Below are positions 10,093 to 20,340 of a stretch of 64,000 nt of DNA, piece by piece (positions within the stretch are counted from its first letter, which is position 1; every line of letters begins with the position of its first letter). Location of the stretch: positions 1,309,959 to 1,373,958 of the forward strand of contig CAVXRD010000001.1 of assembly GCA_963764165.1 (NCBI GenBank). The letters run 5' to 3'. The notes beneath the pieces are model-generated. The model worked only from the letters and a program-made list of their open reading frames with translations, was not told where the DNA came from and did not search any database. A program made the translations under genes and the position numbers. The DNA is from an uncultured Verrucomicrobiae bacterium. Its GTDB lineage: Bacteria; Verrucomicrobiota; Verrucomicrobiia; Limisphaerales; Palsa-1400.

Positions 10093-10354
10093 CTGATCGA
10101 GTTCCAGATTCAATTAATCGCAGCCCGCGCAAGCACGGCGGCAATTTATGTTGTTCATTAGTCAATCATTGACTATAAAGGATCAGCACATTATGCCGAT
10201 AGTCAGTTAGCCGCCGTCAGCTTTTGAATTGCGGGATGCGAAACATGCCTGTTCGAACTGAAATAAGAATTCCGATGTTCGACGCGATAAGCCTTGAGCC
10301 GGTCGCCTTGGATTCTCCCGTGCAAGGACTGCGCCAGGCTGCGGGGTTGTTCTC

Positions 10355-12535
10355 ATGACCGCCGTTGACTATCCAAAGCTGGACGGTGTGAAAAACACGC
10401 GCATCCTGATCGTGGACGATAATCCCTCGATCCATGATGACATCCGCAAAATCTTATGCGGCAAGAGCGCATCCCGGCGGGCCCTGGGCAAAATTGAATC
10501 GCTCCTTTTTGACCAGGAAGAGCCGGAGCAGGAGGAAACGGCTTTTGAAATCGAGTCCGCTTTTCAAGGGCAGGAAGCGCTGCGAAAGGTGGAGCAAGCG
10601 GTGGAAAAGGGCGACCCCTACGCGGTCGCTTTTGTCGACGTGCGGATGCCCTCCGGCTGGGATGGCGTGGAAACGGTTCGGCACATCTGGGAGAACCATC
10701 CCGATCTTCAAATTGTCATATGCACAGCCTATTCCGATTATTCCTGGGAGCAAATGATCGAGCGCATCGGAAAATCCGATAATTTGCTCATCCTCAAAAA
10801 ACCCTTTGACAACCTGGAGGTGCTCCAGATGGCCCACGCGCTGACGGAAAAATGGCGTCTCGGCCACGAGTTGCAGGGGAGGCTGCGCGACCTTGATTCG
10901 CTTGTGCGGCTGCGCACGGCGGAATTGCAAACGGCCAATGGCCATCTCAAAAAAGAAATCGCGGAGCGGGCGGCCCTGGAAAGCGCGCTGCGCATGTCGG
11001 AGGAGCGCTTTTCCAAGGCGTTCAAGGCCAGCCCGCTGCCTGTTGCCATCCAGTCGCTTCGCGATGAAAAATTTATTGATGCCAATGAGGGATTTTCCGC
11101 CCTCACCGGCTACGAGCGGGAGGAATTGATGGGGCGCACCAGCGCTGAAATGCAACTGTGGGGCGGCCAGGCTGATAGCGCCGCCATTCTTCGGAAACTC
11201 CGCGAGGAACTGTCCGTGCGGAACCTGCCGTGCTCTCTTCTCACCAAACGCAAGGCACTCCGGCAAGTGCTGCTGTCGGTGGAATTGTTCGAGTTGATGG
11301 ACGGCCCTTACCTGCTGATCATCGCCACCGATGTCACCGAGCAGCTTGCGCTGGAGGAGCAATTGCGCCAGGCGCAAAAGATGGAAGCGGTCGGGCAGCT
11401 TGCCGCCGGAGTGGCGCACGATTTCAACAACATCCTCACTGTCATCCAGGGGCACGTCAGCCTGATTAGCGCCGACGAGCCACCGGAATCCGACCACCAA
11501 ACGTCCTTAAAGGCAGTGCTCCGCGCCGCGGAGCGGGCCACCAAGCTGGTAGCCCAATTGCTTGCCTTTAGCCGCAAGCAAATCATAAAAATCCGCCCGC
11601 TCAAGATTGACCAGACCTTGCGCACGCTCGAAGAAATGTTCAGGCGCGTCGTGCCGGAAAATGTGACAATCAAGGTTATCGCCAATGCCCCGCAGACTGA
11701 AGTCAACGCCGACGCAGCCATGCTCGACCAGTTGCTGATGAATCTCGTCGTCAACGCCCGGGATGCGATGCCGGACGGAGGTGAATTGACGCTTTCTTCG
11801 GAGACGCTTGATTTGGAGCCAAGAACGCTGCCGGATAATCCCGAATTGCGGCCAGGCAAATTCGTGCGCATCCGCGTGGCCGACACTGGCTGCGGCATCC
11901 CAAAGGAGCATTTGCCGAGGATTTTCGAGCCGTTCTTCACCACCAAACCTGTCGGCAAAGGCACTGGCCTCGGTTTGGCGGCTGTTTACGGCATTGCCAA
12001 ACAGCACGGCGGCTGGATCACGGTCGACAGCCAAGTTGGCAAGGGAACAAACTTTGATCTGTTTCTGCCGCTCCACGAATCCGTCAGGAAGGAGGTTGAG
12101 ACAAAGGTCGTCGCGCTGTCCCTCAAAGGCGGCACGGAAACTATTTTGGTCGTGGAGGATGACGAGGACGTCCTCTCGTTTGTCGTATCGGTCCTGGCCG
12201 GGCAGGGTTACAACATCATTCCCGCGCGGTCAGGCCGGCAGGCGAACGATATTTGGGCTGCCCGCACAGTCAAAATCCATCTTCTCCTCACGGATGTCAT
12301 CATGCCCGGCGGACTCAATGGGAGGCAGCTTGCCGAAAAGCTTTCAGCCGAAGATCCGGAACTTCGCGTGCTTTACACCAGCGGATACAGCGAAGATTTC
12401 GCGGGCAAAAAGTTGGTCGAACAAGGCAAGAGCGATTTTTTGAGCAAACCGTTCGAGGTGCCGGTTTTGATCCAGCGGGTCCGCGCCTGCCTTGATTCCG
12501 CCGGCAAAGGCGCAGCGCCTCCTGTGCAGACCTGA
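10355..12535 (+). CDS. hybrid sensor histidine kinase (REC-PAS-HisKA-HATPase-REC)
   Basis: 726 aa. N-terminal receiver ([14 protein letters not shown]...[12 protein letters not shown]), PAS region, H-box [15 protein letters not shown], ATPase boxes [26 protein letters not shown], and a C-terminal receiver ([10 protein letters not shown]...[14 protein letters not shown]). Confidence 0.88.
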   Translation: MTAVDYPKLDGVKNTRILIVDDNPSIHDDIRKILCGKSASRRALGKIESLLFDQEEPEQEETAFEIESAFQGQEALRKVEQAVEKGDPYAVAFVDVRMPSGWDGVETVRHIWENHPDLQIVICTAYSDYSWEQMIERIGKSDNLLILKKPFDNLEVLQMAHALTEKWRLGHELQGRLRDLDSLVRLRTAELQTANGHLKKEIAERAALESALRMSEERFSKAFKASPLPVAIQSLRDEKFIDANEGFSALTGYEREELMGRTSAEMQLWGGQADSAAILRKLREELSVRNLPCSLLTKRKALRQVLLSVELFELMDGPYLLIIATDVTEQLALEEQLRQAQKMEAVGQLAAGVAHDFNNILTVIQGHVSLISADEPPESDHQTSLKAVLRAAERATKLVAQLLAFSRKQIIKIRPLKIDQTLRTLEEMFRRVVPENVTIKVIANAPQTEVNADAAMLDQLLMNLVVNARDAMPDGGELTLSSETLDLEPRTLPDNPELRPGKFVRIRVADTGCGIPKEHLPRIFEPFFTTKPVGKGTGLGLAAVYGIAKQHGGWITVDSQVGKGTNFDLFLPLHESVRKEVETKVVALSLKGGTETILVVEDDEDVLSFVVSVLAGQGYNIIPARSGRQANDIWAARTVKIHLLLTDVIMPGGLNGRQLAEKLSAEDPELRVLYTSGYSEDFAGKKLVEQGKSDFLSKPFEVPVLIQRVRACLDSAGKGAAPPVQT

Positions 12536-12544
12536 TCAATCGGC

Positions 12545-15500
12545 ATGATCCGCGCGAGCCAAATTCGATCAACCCGGCGGAGCAGTTGGCTTCCATGCAT
12601 TTTGCTTCTGCCATGCATCGTGACGGGTCGCGCCGCGGGCCAGACAACAAGCCCAGATTTGATCAAGCCGAACGACCTTGACTGGATCGGTTTCTCCGCC
12701 GACGAGGCTCGCAAAAGTCATCCGGTCGAGTTGGAGGGCATCGTCCTTTGCTACGATTTCTCTTGGAACCAATTTTACGTTTCCGATCAAAAGTCCGCCA
12801 CCTACCTCAGCCCAAAAGCGTTTACCAACAGGTTCAATATCGGCCAGCATGTCAAAATACATGGCCTCACCACTTGGGATGGCTTGATGCCGGTTCTGAC
12901 CAACACCAGCGTCGAGAACCTCGGGCAGATGCGCCTGCCCGCGGCCGTGCCGTTGAAAATCTCGGAGTTGCGCACGCTGCAGGGGCAATGGATTCAAACT
13001 GTCGGCGAGGTGCGCATCGCGGAGGCCAGCCGCGGGCGGATCACCCTCGTGCTGCGCGACGGAAAGCAAACATGCTTTGTTTACATTCTTGAGACGACAG
13101 GGACAAACGCCTTTCGGCAGTTTGCGGACTGCCAGGTAAGCGTCCGCGGCATTAACGGCAGCCGCATCGTTGGAAATCAACTCGAAGCCGCCATTTTCTG
13201 CCCTTCGCTGGATTTTGCCACCGTAACTCTGAAACCCAATTCGCCCCGGTGGGCGATGCCGGTCACTTCTGTCGAGACGGCGGTGGGAGCGGCATCCACC
13301 ACCGGGAGGGATAAGCTGGTGCATTTGAATGGATTGGTGCGGTCCTGCGTGCCGGGGGCGTCCGTAACATTGCAGGATCCGACCGGCATCATTTCCGCAA
13401 AGGTAACTCAACTGACTCAGGTCGCGGCCGGCCAGCGCATCGATCTTTGGGGATATTGCGCTTTTGAGCACAACGCGCCATCTCTCATTGACGCCAGTTT
13501 CGAGGTCCTCGGCCCGAACCACAGTGAGCGGCCCAGGCCAAAAGCAAGAACTCCGCAGCTTGGAGAATCGGCGCTGACGAACATCAGCCAGATCCGGATG
13601 CTGTCCCGCGAGAAGGCGGACGAAAACCTGCCTGTCAGCGTCAGCGGCGTCGTCACCTTCGCCGACCCGCACTGGCACGTGACGTTTGTGCAGGACGCGA
13701 AGGACGCCGTTTTTGTTGACACAGGCGAGACCGAATTGATTTCGGGGCAGTTTGTCAAAGTAACAGCGCAAACCGACGGCTCGGGGTTCGCGCCCGGTCT
13801 TCTCAATGCCTCGGTCGAAGTCCTCGGCGTGACCAATCTTCCGGTTCCAATCAAGGCCAGCCTGCGTGACGCAGCCGACGGGCATCTGGACTCCGAATGG
13901 GTGGAAATGGAGGGCGTCGTGCATCACGCCACCGATGAAAGCGGGCGGCTGGAATTGAAGATCACCGGATACGATGGCAGCTTTGATGCAGTGGTCTTTG
14001 ATTCCCGGGGCCTGGACACGGCGCGCTTGATCGACTCGCTGGTGAGCATTCGCGGGGCCTGCGGATCGAGTGTCAACACTCGCGGGCAAATCAGCGGGGT
14101 GACGCTTCATGTGCCTTCGCAGGGCCAGATTGCGATTCTTGACGCCGGGCCTGGCGACCCTTTCGGCCTTCCAACTCGTTCGATTTCTTCGGTGGCCACA
14201 TTCAATCCGAACCAAATTACTTCCCGCCGCCTGAAAATCACCGGCGTCGTCAGCCTGGTCATGCGCAAAGAGGGCTTTTACTTGCAGGACCATTCCGGCG
14301 GATTGCGCGTGCCGTGCCAGATTACCAATGAGTTGAAGGCAGGGGATTGCGTTGAAGTCACCGGGTTTCCGGCCTTCTCGGAACATTCGCCGTGCGTCGA
14401 TGAAGCGGTGTATCGAGTGATTCGCCACGAGAATATTCCCGCCGCCAAAAAAACCACCGCGCTGGACATCCTGCGCGACGGCGTTCTCGGCGGGCAGGAA
14501 ATCGAATTGAGCGCACAGGTGCTGCAGAGCCAGTTCAACATGGCCCAGCGCCGCCTCGTGCTGCAGGACGGGCCGATCATCTTCACCGCCCAGGCGCTCT
14601 ATTCCGCCGGGGGCGGATCCATTTCCGAGCTGGAGCCGGGATGCATCGCGCGGGTGCGCGGCGTCTGCGCCATGCAATGGACGGACACCAGCGAACCGGA
14701 AAGCTTCCGCGTGTTCCTGCGCAGCGCCGGCGACGTTGCCGAAATTGAAGGCGCACCGTGGTGGACGCCGCGGCATTGGATGTTCGTCCTGTCCGGCGTG
14801 GCGGCGAGCTTCGTGATCGCCGGCAGTTGGGTGATTGCCCTCCGCCGCCGCGTCCGAGCCCAGACGGAAATCATCCGCGAAAAGCAAAAAGAGCTTCTCG
14901 ACGTTTCGCGCCGGGCCGGAATGGCGGAAGTCGCGACCAGCGTGCTCCACAACGTCGGCAACGTGCTCAACAGCGTCAACGTCAGCGCCACCATCGTCGC
15001 CGACAAGGTAAAAAACTCGTCCGTCTCCAGCATGGAGCGCGCGTGCGGCCTCCTCCAGGAGCATCGCGCGGATCTGGGAACATTCGTGACCGACCACCCC
15101 AAGGGCAGGCACCTTCCCACTTTTATCAGCGCCGTGACCGAGGATTGGCGGGCCGAAACCGACAGCCTCCGCAAGGAAGTCGAGTCGCTCCGCCACCATA
15201 TCGATCATGTCAATGAAATAGTCTCGATGCAGCAGAATTTTGCCACGGCGGCGGGCATCGTCGAAAGAGTCAAGCCGCGGGAAGTCGTCGAAGACGCCCT
15301 GCTGATGAATTCCGGGGCAGCCGCGCGCCATGAAATTTCAATCGTGCGTGAATACGACGAGAGCGTCGGATTCATCTCCGTCGAGCGCCACAAGCTGCTG
15401 CAGATTCTCGTCAACCTCGTCAACAACGCCAAGCACGCCTGCGTCTCCTGCGACGAGCCCGGGCGGGAGATCAGGCTTGGCGTCAAGAAGAATGCGGACA

Positions 15501-15751
15501 TGGTTCGCATTTCTGTTGTTGACAATGGAACGGGCATCAAGCCCGAGCATTTGCCGCTTATATTTAATTTTGGGTTCACCACCCGCCCGAACGGCCACGG
15601 TTTCGGCCTGCACAGCAGCGCCATCGCCGCCACCGAGATGGGCGGCAGGCTCGCCGTCAAAAGCGATGGCCCCGGCAAAGGCGCCTGCTTCACACTCGAT
15701 ATTCCTTGCTCGGCCACCCTCAAAGCAGGACAGAAAGACGCGCAAGCGTAA
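12545..15751 (+). CDS. sensor histidine kinase with very large (~740 aa) N-terminal extracytoplasmic domain
   Basis: 1068 aa. Signal/TM at the N-terminus. Second TM WMFVLSGVAASFVIAGSWVIAL. H-box-like VATSVLHNVGNVLNSV. ATPase boxes LVNLVNNAKHA, VVDNGTGI, GHGFGLHSSA. It starts 10 nt after the preceding kinase gene, which suggests an operon. Confidence 0.85.
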   Translation: MIRASQIRSTRRSSWLPCILLLPCIVTGRAAGQTTSPDLIKPNDLDWIGFSADEARKSHPVELEGIVLCYDFSWNQFYVSDQKSATYLSPKAFTNRFNIGQHVKIHGLTTWDGLMPVLTNTSVENLGQMRLPAAVPLKISELRTLQGQWIQTVGEVRIAEASRGRITLVLRDGKQTCFVYILETTGTNAFRQFADCQVSVRGINGSRIVGNQLEAAIFCPSLDFATVTLKPNSPRWAMPVTSVETAVGAASTTGRDKLVHLNGLVRSCVPGASVTLQDPTGIISAKVTQLTQVAAGQRIDLWGYCAFEHNAPSLIDASFEVLGPNHSERPRPKARTPQLGESALTNISQIRMLSREKADENLPVSVSGVVTFADPHWHVTFVQDAKDAVFVDTGETELISGQFVKVTAQTDGSGFAPGLLNASVEVLGVTNLPVPIKASLRDAADGHLDSEWVEMEGVVHHATDESGRLELKITGYDGSFDAVVFDSRGLDTARLIDSLVSIRGACGSSVNTRGQISGVTLHVPSQGQIAILDAGPGDPFGLPTRSISSVATFNPNQITSRRLKITGVVSLVMRKEGFYLQDHSGGLRVPCQITNELKAGDCVEVTGFPAFSEHSPCVDEAVYRVIRHENIPAAKKTTALDILRDGVLGGQEIELSAQVLQSQFNMAQRRLVLQDGPIIFTAQALYSAGGGSISELEPGCIARVRGVCAMQWTDTSEPESFRVFLRSAGDVAEIEGAPWWTPRHWMFVLSGVAASFVIAGSWVIALRRRVRAQTEIIREKQKELLDVSRRAGMAEVATSVLHNVGNVLNSVNVSATIVADKVKNSSVSSMERACGLLQEHRADLGTFVTDHPKGRHLPTFISAVTEDWRAETDSLRKEVESLRHHIDHVNEIVSMQQNFATAAGIVERVKPREVVEDALLMNSGAAARHEISIVREYDESVGFISVERHKLLQILVNLVNNAKHACVSCDEPGREIRLGVKKNADMVRISVVDNGTGIKPEHLPLIFNFGFTTRPNGHGFGLHSSAIAATEMGGRLAVKSDGPGKGACFTLDIPCSATLKAGQKDAQA

Positions 15752-16398
15752 TTCCACGGCCAACGCGGAGCGATTGCTGGGCGAGCACGGCATTCCCCAG
15801 GACAGCGCGGAAGAGCGCGCCAGTTCGCGTTGCGGATGGAGCGGAGGCGAGACGAAGGCGAAAGCGGCGATGCGCCTGCGGAAGGAAAAGACAGTGACCG
15901 TGAAATGGATAGCTATCTATTACTGATACTTTTAATGGCGTTAAATATGAGTCTGATGTGACCCATGATCGTTTAGCGAAATGCCCGGTTTGGAAAAAAA
16001 ATCAAGCGAATCCCCCCGTGAGTGTGAGGGATGCTACTCCGCTTCGAAAAAGGAGATCGGACAGCTGGTTCCAGATTCAGCCAAATGGAGTTTGTACTCG
16101 ATTCAGCTATGTCCGCTCCACGGCGAGAAGGCGTGGTACTATCTAGCAACATTTGAGCCCCCATACAATAAATTCGGAACGACAGGGCACCGGCATGTAC
16201 TTCAGGCAATTGTCCTTATGGACGGGGCTTCGGTTCATCCTAAAACGACCGTGATTAAACAGCCTCCGCATTGACGGTAAAATGAACAGGGCGATGACGC
16301 TGTGCCAAAAGAAATCATCGTATGAAGCAGAGGGGTTAGATCCACACAATCACATATTTTGCCTTGAGGGTGAATGAGCAAGGGCGCAAAGTTGGCGC

Positions 16399-16560
16399 AT
16401 GCCGCGCAAGATGCGTGTTGAATATCCAGGTGCTCTTTACCGCTTGATGAGGGCTTTGTGTTAACAGATAAGTGATCCGGGACGACTCTACGGCGTGATT
16501 CGGCAGCCACGATGGCGATGGAGAAACTTTCGTTTGCATTGAGCGGCACGCGAGTTATAT
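16399..16560 (+). pseudogene. decayed remnant of an IS200-like / REP-associated tyrosine (Y1) transposase
   Basis: ATG at 16399 encodes MPRKMRVEYPGALYRLMRALC then a stop at 16462. The first 14 residues match the family N-terminus M-[AP]-R-x-x-R-[IV]-x-[YF]-PGA-x-Y-H. Downstream frames keep only weak traces (WR.F.LH, ..RH..Y). It lies in a visibly AT-richer patch (about 15900-16600). Confidence 0.35.
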
Positions 16561-16717
16561 TGGCTCAGGTTAAAGACTCAACTTGGATCCAAGGCTAAAA
16601 GTCGGGGAATTGAGAGATCAGCGCCGATAATTCAAGCAAGTTGCCGCCGCAAAATCCTTGCGCGCCACCCGACCTGGCAACGAGAGCCTTTAACCGATTT
16701 TTTTGAGTGTAAGGTGG

Positions 16718-16806
16718 GGGCGCCTCGGCGAGGCGCCCGAGTGCGGTGGCGTTTTCCGAACGCGTTCGGATTGGTGAGAGTCCCCGGACGCCTCGGCGAG
16801 GCGTCC
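16718..16806. repeat. two REP-like GC-rich palindromes (same family as 5202..5220)
   Basis: gggcgcctcggcgaggcgccc (16718..16738) and ggacgcctcggcgaggcgtcc (16786..16806), each a perfect palindrome around CTCGGCGAG. Confidence 0.6.
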
Positions 16807-16873
16807 CTGCCTGTTCCTTTCCCCATGTTGTCTTGATGCGAGAATGCTCTCGTGCTATTTGGCTGTTGGCCGC

Positions 16874-17197
16874 ATGCGCGCTTTCTTTCGCCACTGTTGG
16901 ATGTGGATGGCAACATTTTTGTTGCTGGCCGGGTGCTCTGACTCGATCGATAAACTCGACGTGAAACCCGCCGGGGCCCGGATGACACCGCGCGAGGTCC
17001 TTCATCTCGCCCACATTGTCTCCGAGCAACAGGGAATCAACCTGCGCCACTTCAACGAGCCGGAATGCAGTTATGAATCCGTGCGCCCGCGCACCTGGCA
17101 GGTCTTCTTTGGATCGAAAAGCACGCGCGATTGGAAGCCGTTTTTTGTTTACATCGAAGATCAGACCAGGGAAGCGCGCTTTATCGAAATGCCGTGA
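16874..17197 (+). CDS. small putative lipoprotein
   Basis: Internal start of ORF 16844..17197 gives MRAFFRHCWMWMATFLLLAGCSDS with the lipobox LLAGC. 107 aa. No family recognised. Confidence 0.45.
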   Translation: MRAFFRHCWMWMATFLLLAGCSDSIDKLDVKPAGARMTPREVLHLAHIVSEQQGINLRHFNEPECSYESVRPRTWQVFFGSKSTRDWKPFFVYIEDQTREARFIEMP

Positions 17198-17211
17198 CGC
17201 GCAGGCTTGTT

Positions 17212-19173
17212 TTAGCGAGCTTTGGAATCCTCCAGCACAAGCACCTCAAACGGTTGCATCGTCATGACGGAAGACTGGCCGGTTTTCAGGAGAGTGGGCG
17301 GTTGATTGCCGTCCTTTTTCCATGGGCTGCGCATGACGAAATGATCTTGGGATTCCGCCGGAAGCTCAAAAACCTTCGTGGCGTCCACTGTGAAACTCGA
17401 TGCCTTATCATCTGGATTGCGGAGCACGAGGACACTCTTGCGCGGCGACCACGCGGCGAAGCCATAAACCTCGCCCCGCCCTGGATCTCCGCCGATCCAA
17501 TGAATATCCGCCAGCACATCTGAATTGGTTTGAGACCATTTCGCGGCTTCCGCCAAATCGTCCCAATTCTGGCGATCCAGCAGCGATGGCGTGATGTACA
17601 TTTCCTGCAATTGCGTGCCCATTCCGAAAAACTCGCGGGCTTGCGCGGCAAAATCGTCGTCGCTCATCGTGTTGAGATTTATGGCATTGGTCGCGTAAAT
17701 CAAACCGTGCAACATGAGTGAATTGAGCGGATAAAGCGGCCCCTGTTTCACAACATTGTGGTAAGTTTCCGCGTCCCGATAGGTCATCCATCGCTGGCAT
17801 GGCGAACCTTTGCCGGCAAAGTCGTGGTCGGCTCCCCCACGCCAAGTGGAATCGACGTACAACAGCCAGAATGGCGAAGGCCATGTCCCGGTGGTTTCGT
17901 TGATGTAGATGTCCGGCTTGGCCGCGCGCAAGTCCGCGATGAGGCGCATCATGCCATCGCCGTCGCGCATCAATCCCTTTTCGCTGGCCTTGGAGCCTGC
18001 GGCCAGGCCGTCGAACTTGAACTGGTTGACGGCATATTTTTGCACCATCTCCAGGCAGATGTCGTGGAAACGCTGGTAATAGCGCGGGCCGGCCAGCGAG
18101 AAGCCGTTGGCATTGGTCTCATATCCCTGTTGGCAGCCGCATTGGATGCGTTGCTCCTTGGCACGACTGTAGCCGCCAAATGGCGAAAGCCAGACGCCGA
18201 TTCCAGCTCCGTAACTTTCCGCCGCCGCTTTCAACGGCGCGAATCCATTGGGGAAACCGCCGTGAAAATTCCACAGTGTCCGATTGTCGTCCCAGCCGTC
18301 GTCAAACAAATAGGAATCCAGCCGCACGCCCCGCTTCCTCTCCAGTTCGTCCCCGATCGCGCGGATGGCGGAAAGGCATTCCTGTTCATTGTATTTCCGC
18401 GTGTCCCAAGCAATGTCGAACCATGAGTTGTAATGCAAGAAGGGCCGGTAGGGATGCGCGCGTTCGCGCTCGATGTAAGCAAGGAATTCCCGGCGCAATT
18501 GGCCCGACCGCGTGACTCCGATGACAACACTTTGAGTCAGCGTCTCGCCAGCGCGCAGAACGGCGTTGCGAACAAAACTGCATCGCACTTCGCCGTCATC
18601 CTCGACGGTGTTATTCGCCATCGGATGCTCGTAACCAAAAAAGAAATTTCCAGCCACGACCGGCGAGCCGCCGACTGTTCCGAGAGTCTTCGCGCCCGGA
18701 ATTCTCTCGTCAAGAAGAATGATCTCCCGAACCAGGACATCTTTGCCGAGGGCGCGCAACGCCAGTTCCTGGCGGATATATGTCGAGCCATCGCGCAGGG
18801 ATGCGCGCCATTCGGCGGAGATTGCGTGATTCGTATCAACAAATTCAGCGACCCATTGCCTGCCGGGAAAACGACGTGAGACTATGGGCGATTTCGGTTC
18901 GGGCGCGAGCGGCCTTTCCTCCGGCGGGCTGATGAGATGAAAGTCGGATGCTTTCACAAGCGCACCGTCGCCCAACTTAAGTTGAAAGCATTCCCCGGTT
19001 AGCTTGAGTTTGCTGTGGTTCAGTTTATCTTCCACCTCCTCAGTGCGAAGCGTTCCATTGACAATATGCCAGCGCCAGGCGATGGCTTCGTTCTCAAGAG
19101 TTCCACCGGCCGGGCTGGCGAAACTGGCGATAATTCCCAGCGAAAGGACCACACTGACAAAGATTAATTTCAC
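17212..19173 (-). CDS. exported glycoside hydrolase, alpha-galactosidase-like (clan GH-D type TIM barrel)
   Basis: 653 aa. Signal peptide MKLIFVSVVLSLGIIASFA. LDSYLFDDGWDD (DDGW motif), NQFKFDGL, and a C-terminal beta domain. Last gene of the minus-strand operon, starting 3 nt after the upstream stop. Confidence 0.65.
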   Translation of the reverse strand: MKLIFVSVVLSLGIIASFASPAGGTLENEAIAWRWHIVNGTLRTEEVEDKLNHSKLKLTGECFQLKLGDGALVKASDFHLISPPEERPLAPEPKSPIVSRRFPGRQWVAEFVDTNHAISAEWRASLRDGSTYIRQELALRALGKDVLVREIILLDERIPGAKTLGTVGGSPVVAGNFFFGYEHPMANNTVEDDGEVRCSFVRNAVLRAGETLTQSVVIGVTRSGQLRREFLAYIERERAHPYRPFLHYNSWFDIAWDTRKYNEQECLSAIRAIGDELERKRGVRLDSYLFDDGWDDNRTLWNFHGGFPNGFAPLKAAAESYGAGIGVWLSPFGGYSRAKEQRIQCGCQQGYETNANGFSLAGPRYYQRFHDICLEMVQKYAVNQFKFDGLAAGSKASEKGLMRDGDGMMRLIADLRAAKPDIYINETTGTWPSPFWLLYVDSTWRGGADHDFAGKGSPCQRWMTYRDAETYHNVVKQGPLYPLNSLMLHGLIYATNAINLNTMSDDDFAAQAREFFGMGTQLQEMYITPSLLDRQNWDDLAEAAKWSQTNSDVLADIHWIGGDPGRGEVYGFAAWSPRKSVLVLRNPDDKASSFTVDATKVFELPAESQDHFVMRSPWKKDGNQPPTLLKTGQSSVMTMQPFEVLVLEDSKAR

Positions 19174-19176
19174 GTG

Positions 19177-20340
19177 TTACTGAACCAAACGATAGAATTG
19201 CGGTGATGGGCCGGCTTGAAAAACGTAAGGACTTGCCCCACCTGGCACATTAGTCCAGGAACCCGGACTTAAAGAGCCAGACTCTTGCAAAATGCCGGAG
19301 CCAGACCATGAAATTGTGATTTGGCTGCCGGCGCGAGAAATGGACAAAGGTCCCAGCACGGCGGGGGCCAAGGTATACGGGAGACCGGTGGCTATAGCAA
19401 TCTCGGGCCCACGGTCGTCCTGCAGCAAGATGCGGAAGGAATTTGTGCGGAACACCGGCGCGCCGCCAGGATATTGCGCGGAAAGCGAGACGCGAAACTC
19501 GAATTCATTTGTCGTTGCGGCGGGCGCAATGGCCCATCCCAGGTTGGAAGCGCTCCCGTCGTTGAATGATCCGTTCCGCTCGTCGTAACCGAACCCGCTT
19601 TCGATCATAAACTCCGCGCCAAACAGCGCTCCACTCACTTCGTAGCCGGTCTGGCTGTTGTCATCCGCATCAATAAATAAATGCGTGTAATAATCCGAAA
19701 ATGGCCGGCAGGATGAGAATAGCTTGAAGTGTCCGTAAAGGTAGTTGCTATCGTTGGCAAACTGTATCTGGGCAAAATTCACCGCATTCGTGTCCATCGC
19801 GCCTTGGTAGCTCCAAGGCACGCCCTCCCAATCGGAAAAATTGCCGTCAATCGTGATGGTGGCGTAGTTGCCGATGATCCCGCGTGTGCCCGGCGTCGCG
19901 GCGATGGCGACGATGTTGGTGTCTTCGTGCGATGGCGACGCGCTGTCGCTGGCGCGAATGGAAAAAAAGCAAGTGGCGCCGTTCGACAATCCTGTGATGG
20001 TGTATCCGTAAGGATAAAGCCCGGGGCCAGTTCCATTTGTATAGCTGGGCGGGAGAAACGGCACAACATTTGTCAATTTTACGGCGTTGGAAAAGTTCAT
20101 AGATGCGCCGGCAAAATAGTAAATGTTATATGTCACGGGCCTTGTCTGGTCGTCCGCAATGTCCCAGTACACCGTGGCGCTCTGAGAGCCAACCGTGACT
20201 TCCTGCACACCCACGCGCGGAGCCGGTGGTGCAGGCCCTTGGGCGGCGGTGCTGTTCCATACGGGAGCCTGCGTGTCGGCATTCGTCGCCAGCCATGCGG
20301 CTGAGTTTGTGCTCAGAGGTTCGTTCAAGGAAGGATTGGT
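19177..20340 (-). CDS. FN3-like + ~150-aa IDG..F.DW beta-sandwich (CBM-like) + FYR C-terminal domain; probably the C-terminal half of a frameshifted fusion with 20126..21460
   Basis: In the ORF 19177..20529 frame, protein-like sequence begins only at ..TNPSLNEPLSTNSAAWLATNADTQAPVW. It is followed by VQEVTVGSQSATVYWDIADDQTRPVTYNIYY (FN3-like), then TITIDGNFSDWEGVP...LFIDADDNSQTGY...GFGYDERNGSFNDG, then ...ITISWSGSGILQESGSLSPGSWTNVPGGASPYVFQAGPSPQFYRLVQ. The first ~60 codons of the track ORF are Arg/Ser-rich noise. Confidence 0.7.
   Translation of the reverse strand, partial: TNPSLNEPLSTNSAAWLATNADTQAPVWNSTAAQGPAPPAPRVGVQEVTVGSQSATVYWDIADDQTRPVTYNIYYFAGASMNFSNAVKLTNVVPFLPPSYTNGTGPGLYPYGYTITGLSNGATCFFSIRASDSASPSHEDTNIVAIAATPGTRGIIGNYATITIDGNFSDWEGVPWSYQGAMDTNAVNFAQIQFANDSNYLYGHFKLFSSCRPFSDYYTHLFIDADDNSQTGYEVSGALFGAEFMIESGFGYDERNGSFNDGSASNLGWAIAPAATTNEFEFRVSLSAQYPGGAPVFRTNSFRILLQDDRGPEIAIATGLPYTLAPAVLGPLSISRAGSQITISWSGSGILQESGSLSPGSWTNVPGGASPYVFQAGPSPQFYRLVQ

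Noticed and set aside
12569-15331. 920-aa minus-strand ORF, the longest in this part of the window
   Set aside because: It lies entirely antisense to the 12545..15751 kinase gene. Its translation is Arg/Gly/Ala/His-rich with no motifs, whereas the + strand product has TM segments and complete kinase boxes. It is a typical high-GC shadow ORF. The same reasoning applies to 10454..11500 (-) and 11308..11964 (-).
15981-16274. 97-aa + strand ORF in the AT-richer patch after the second kinase gene
   Set aside because: No start context, signal or recognisable motif. A competing 62-aa ORF occupies another frame over the same DNA. I cannot support it as a gene from sequence alone.
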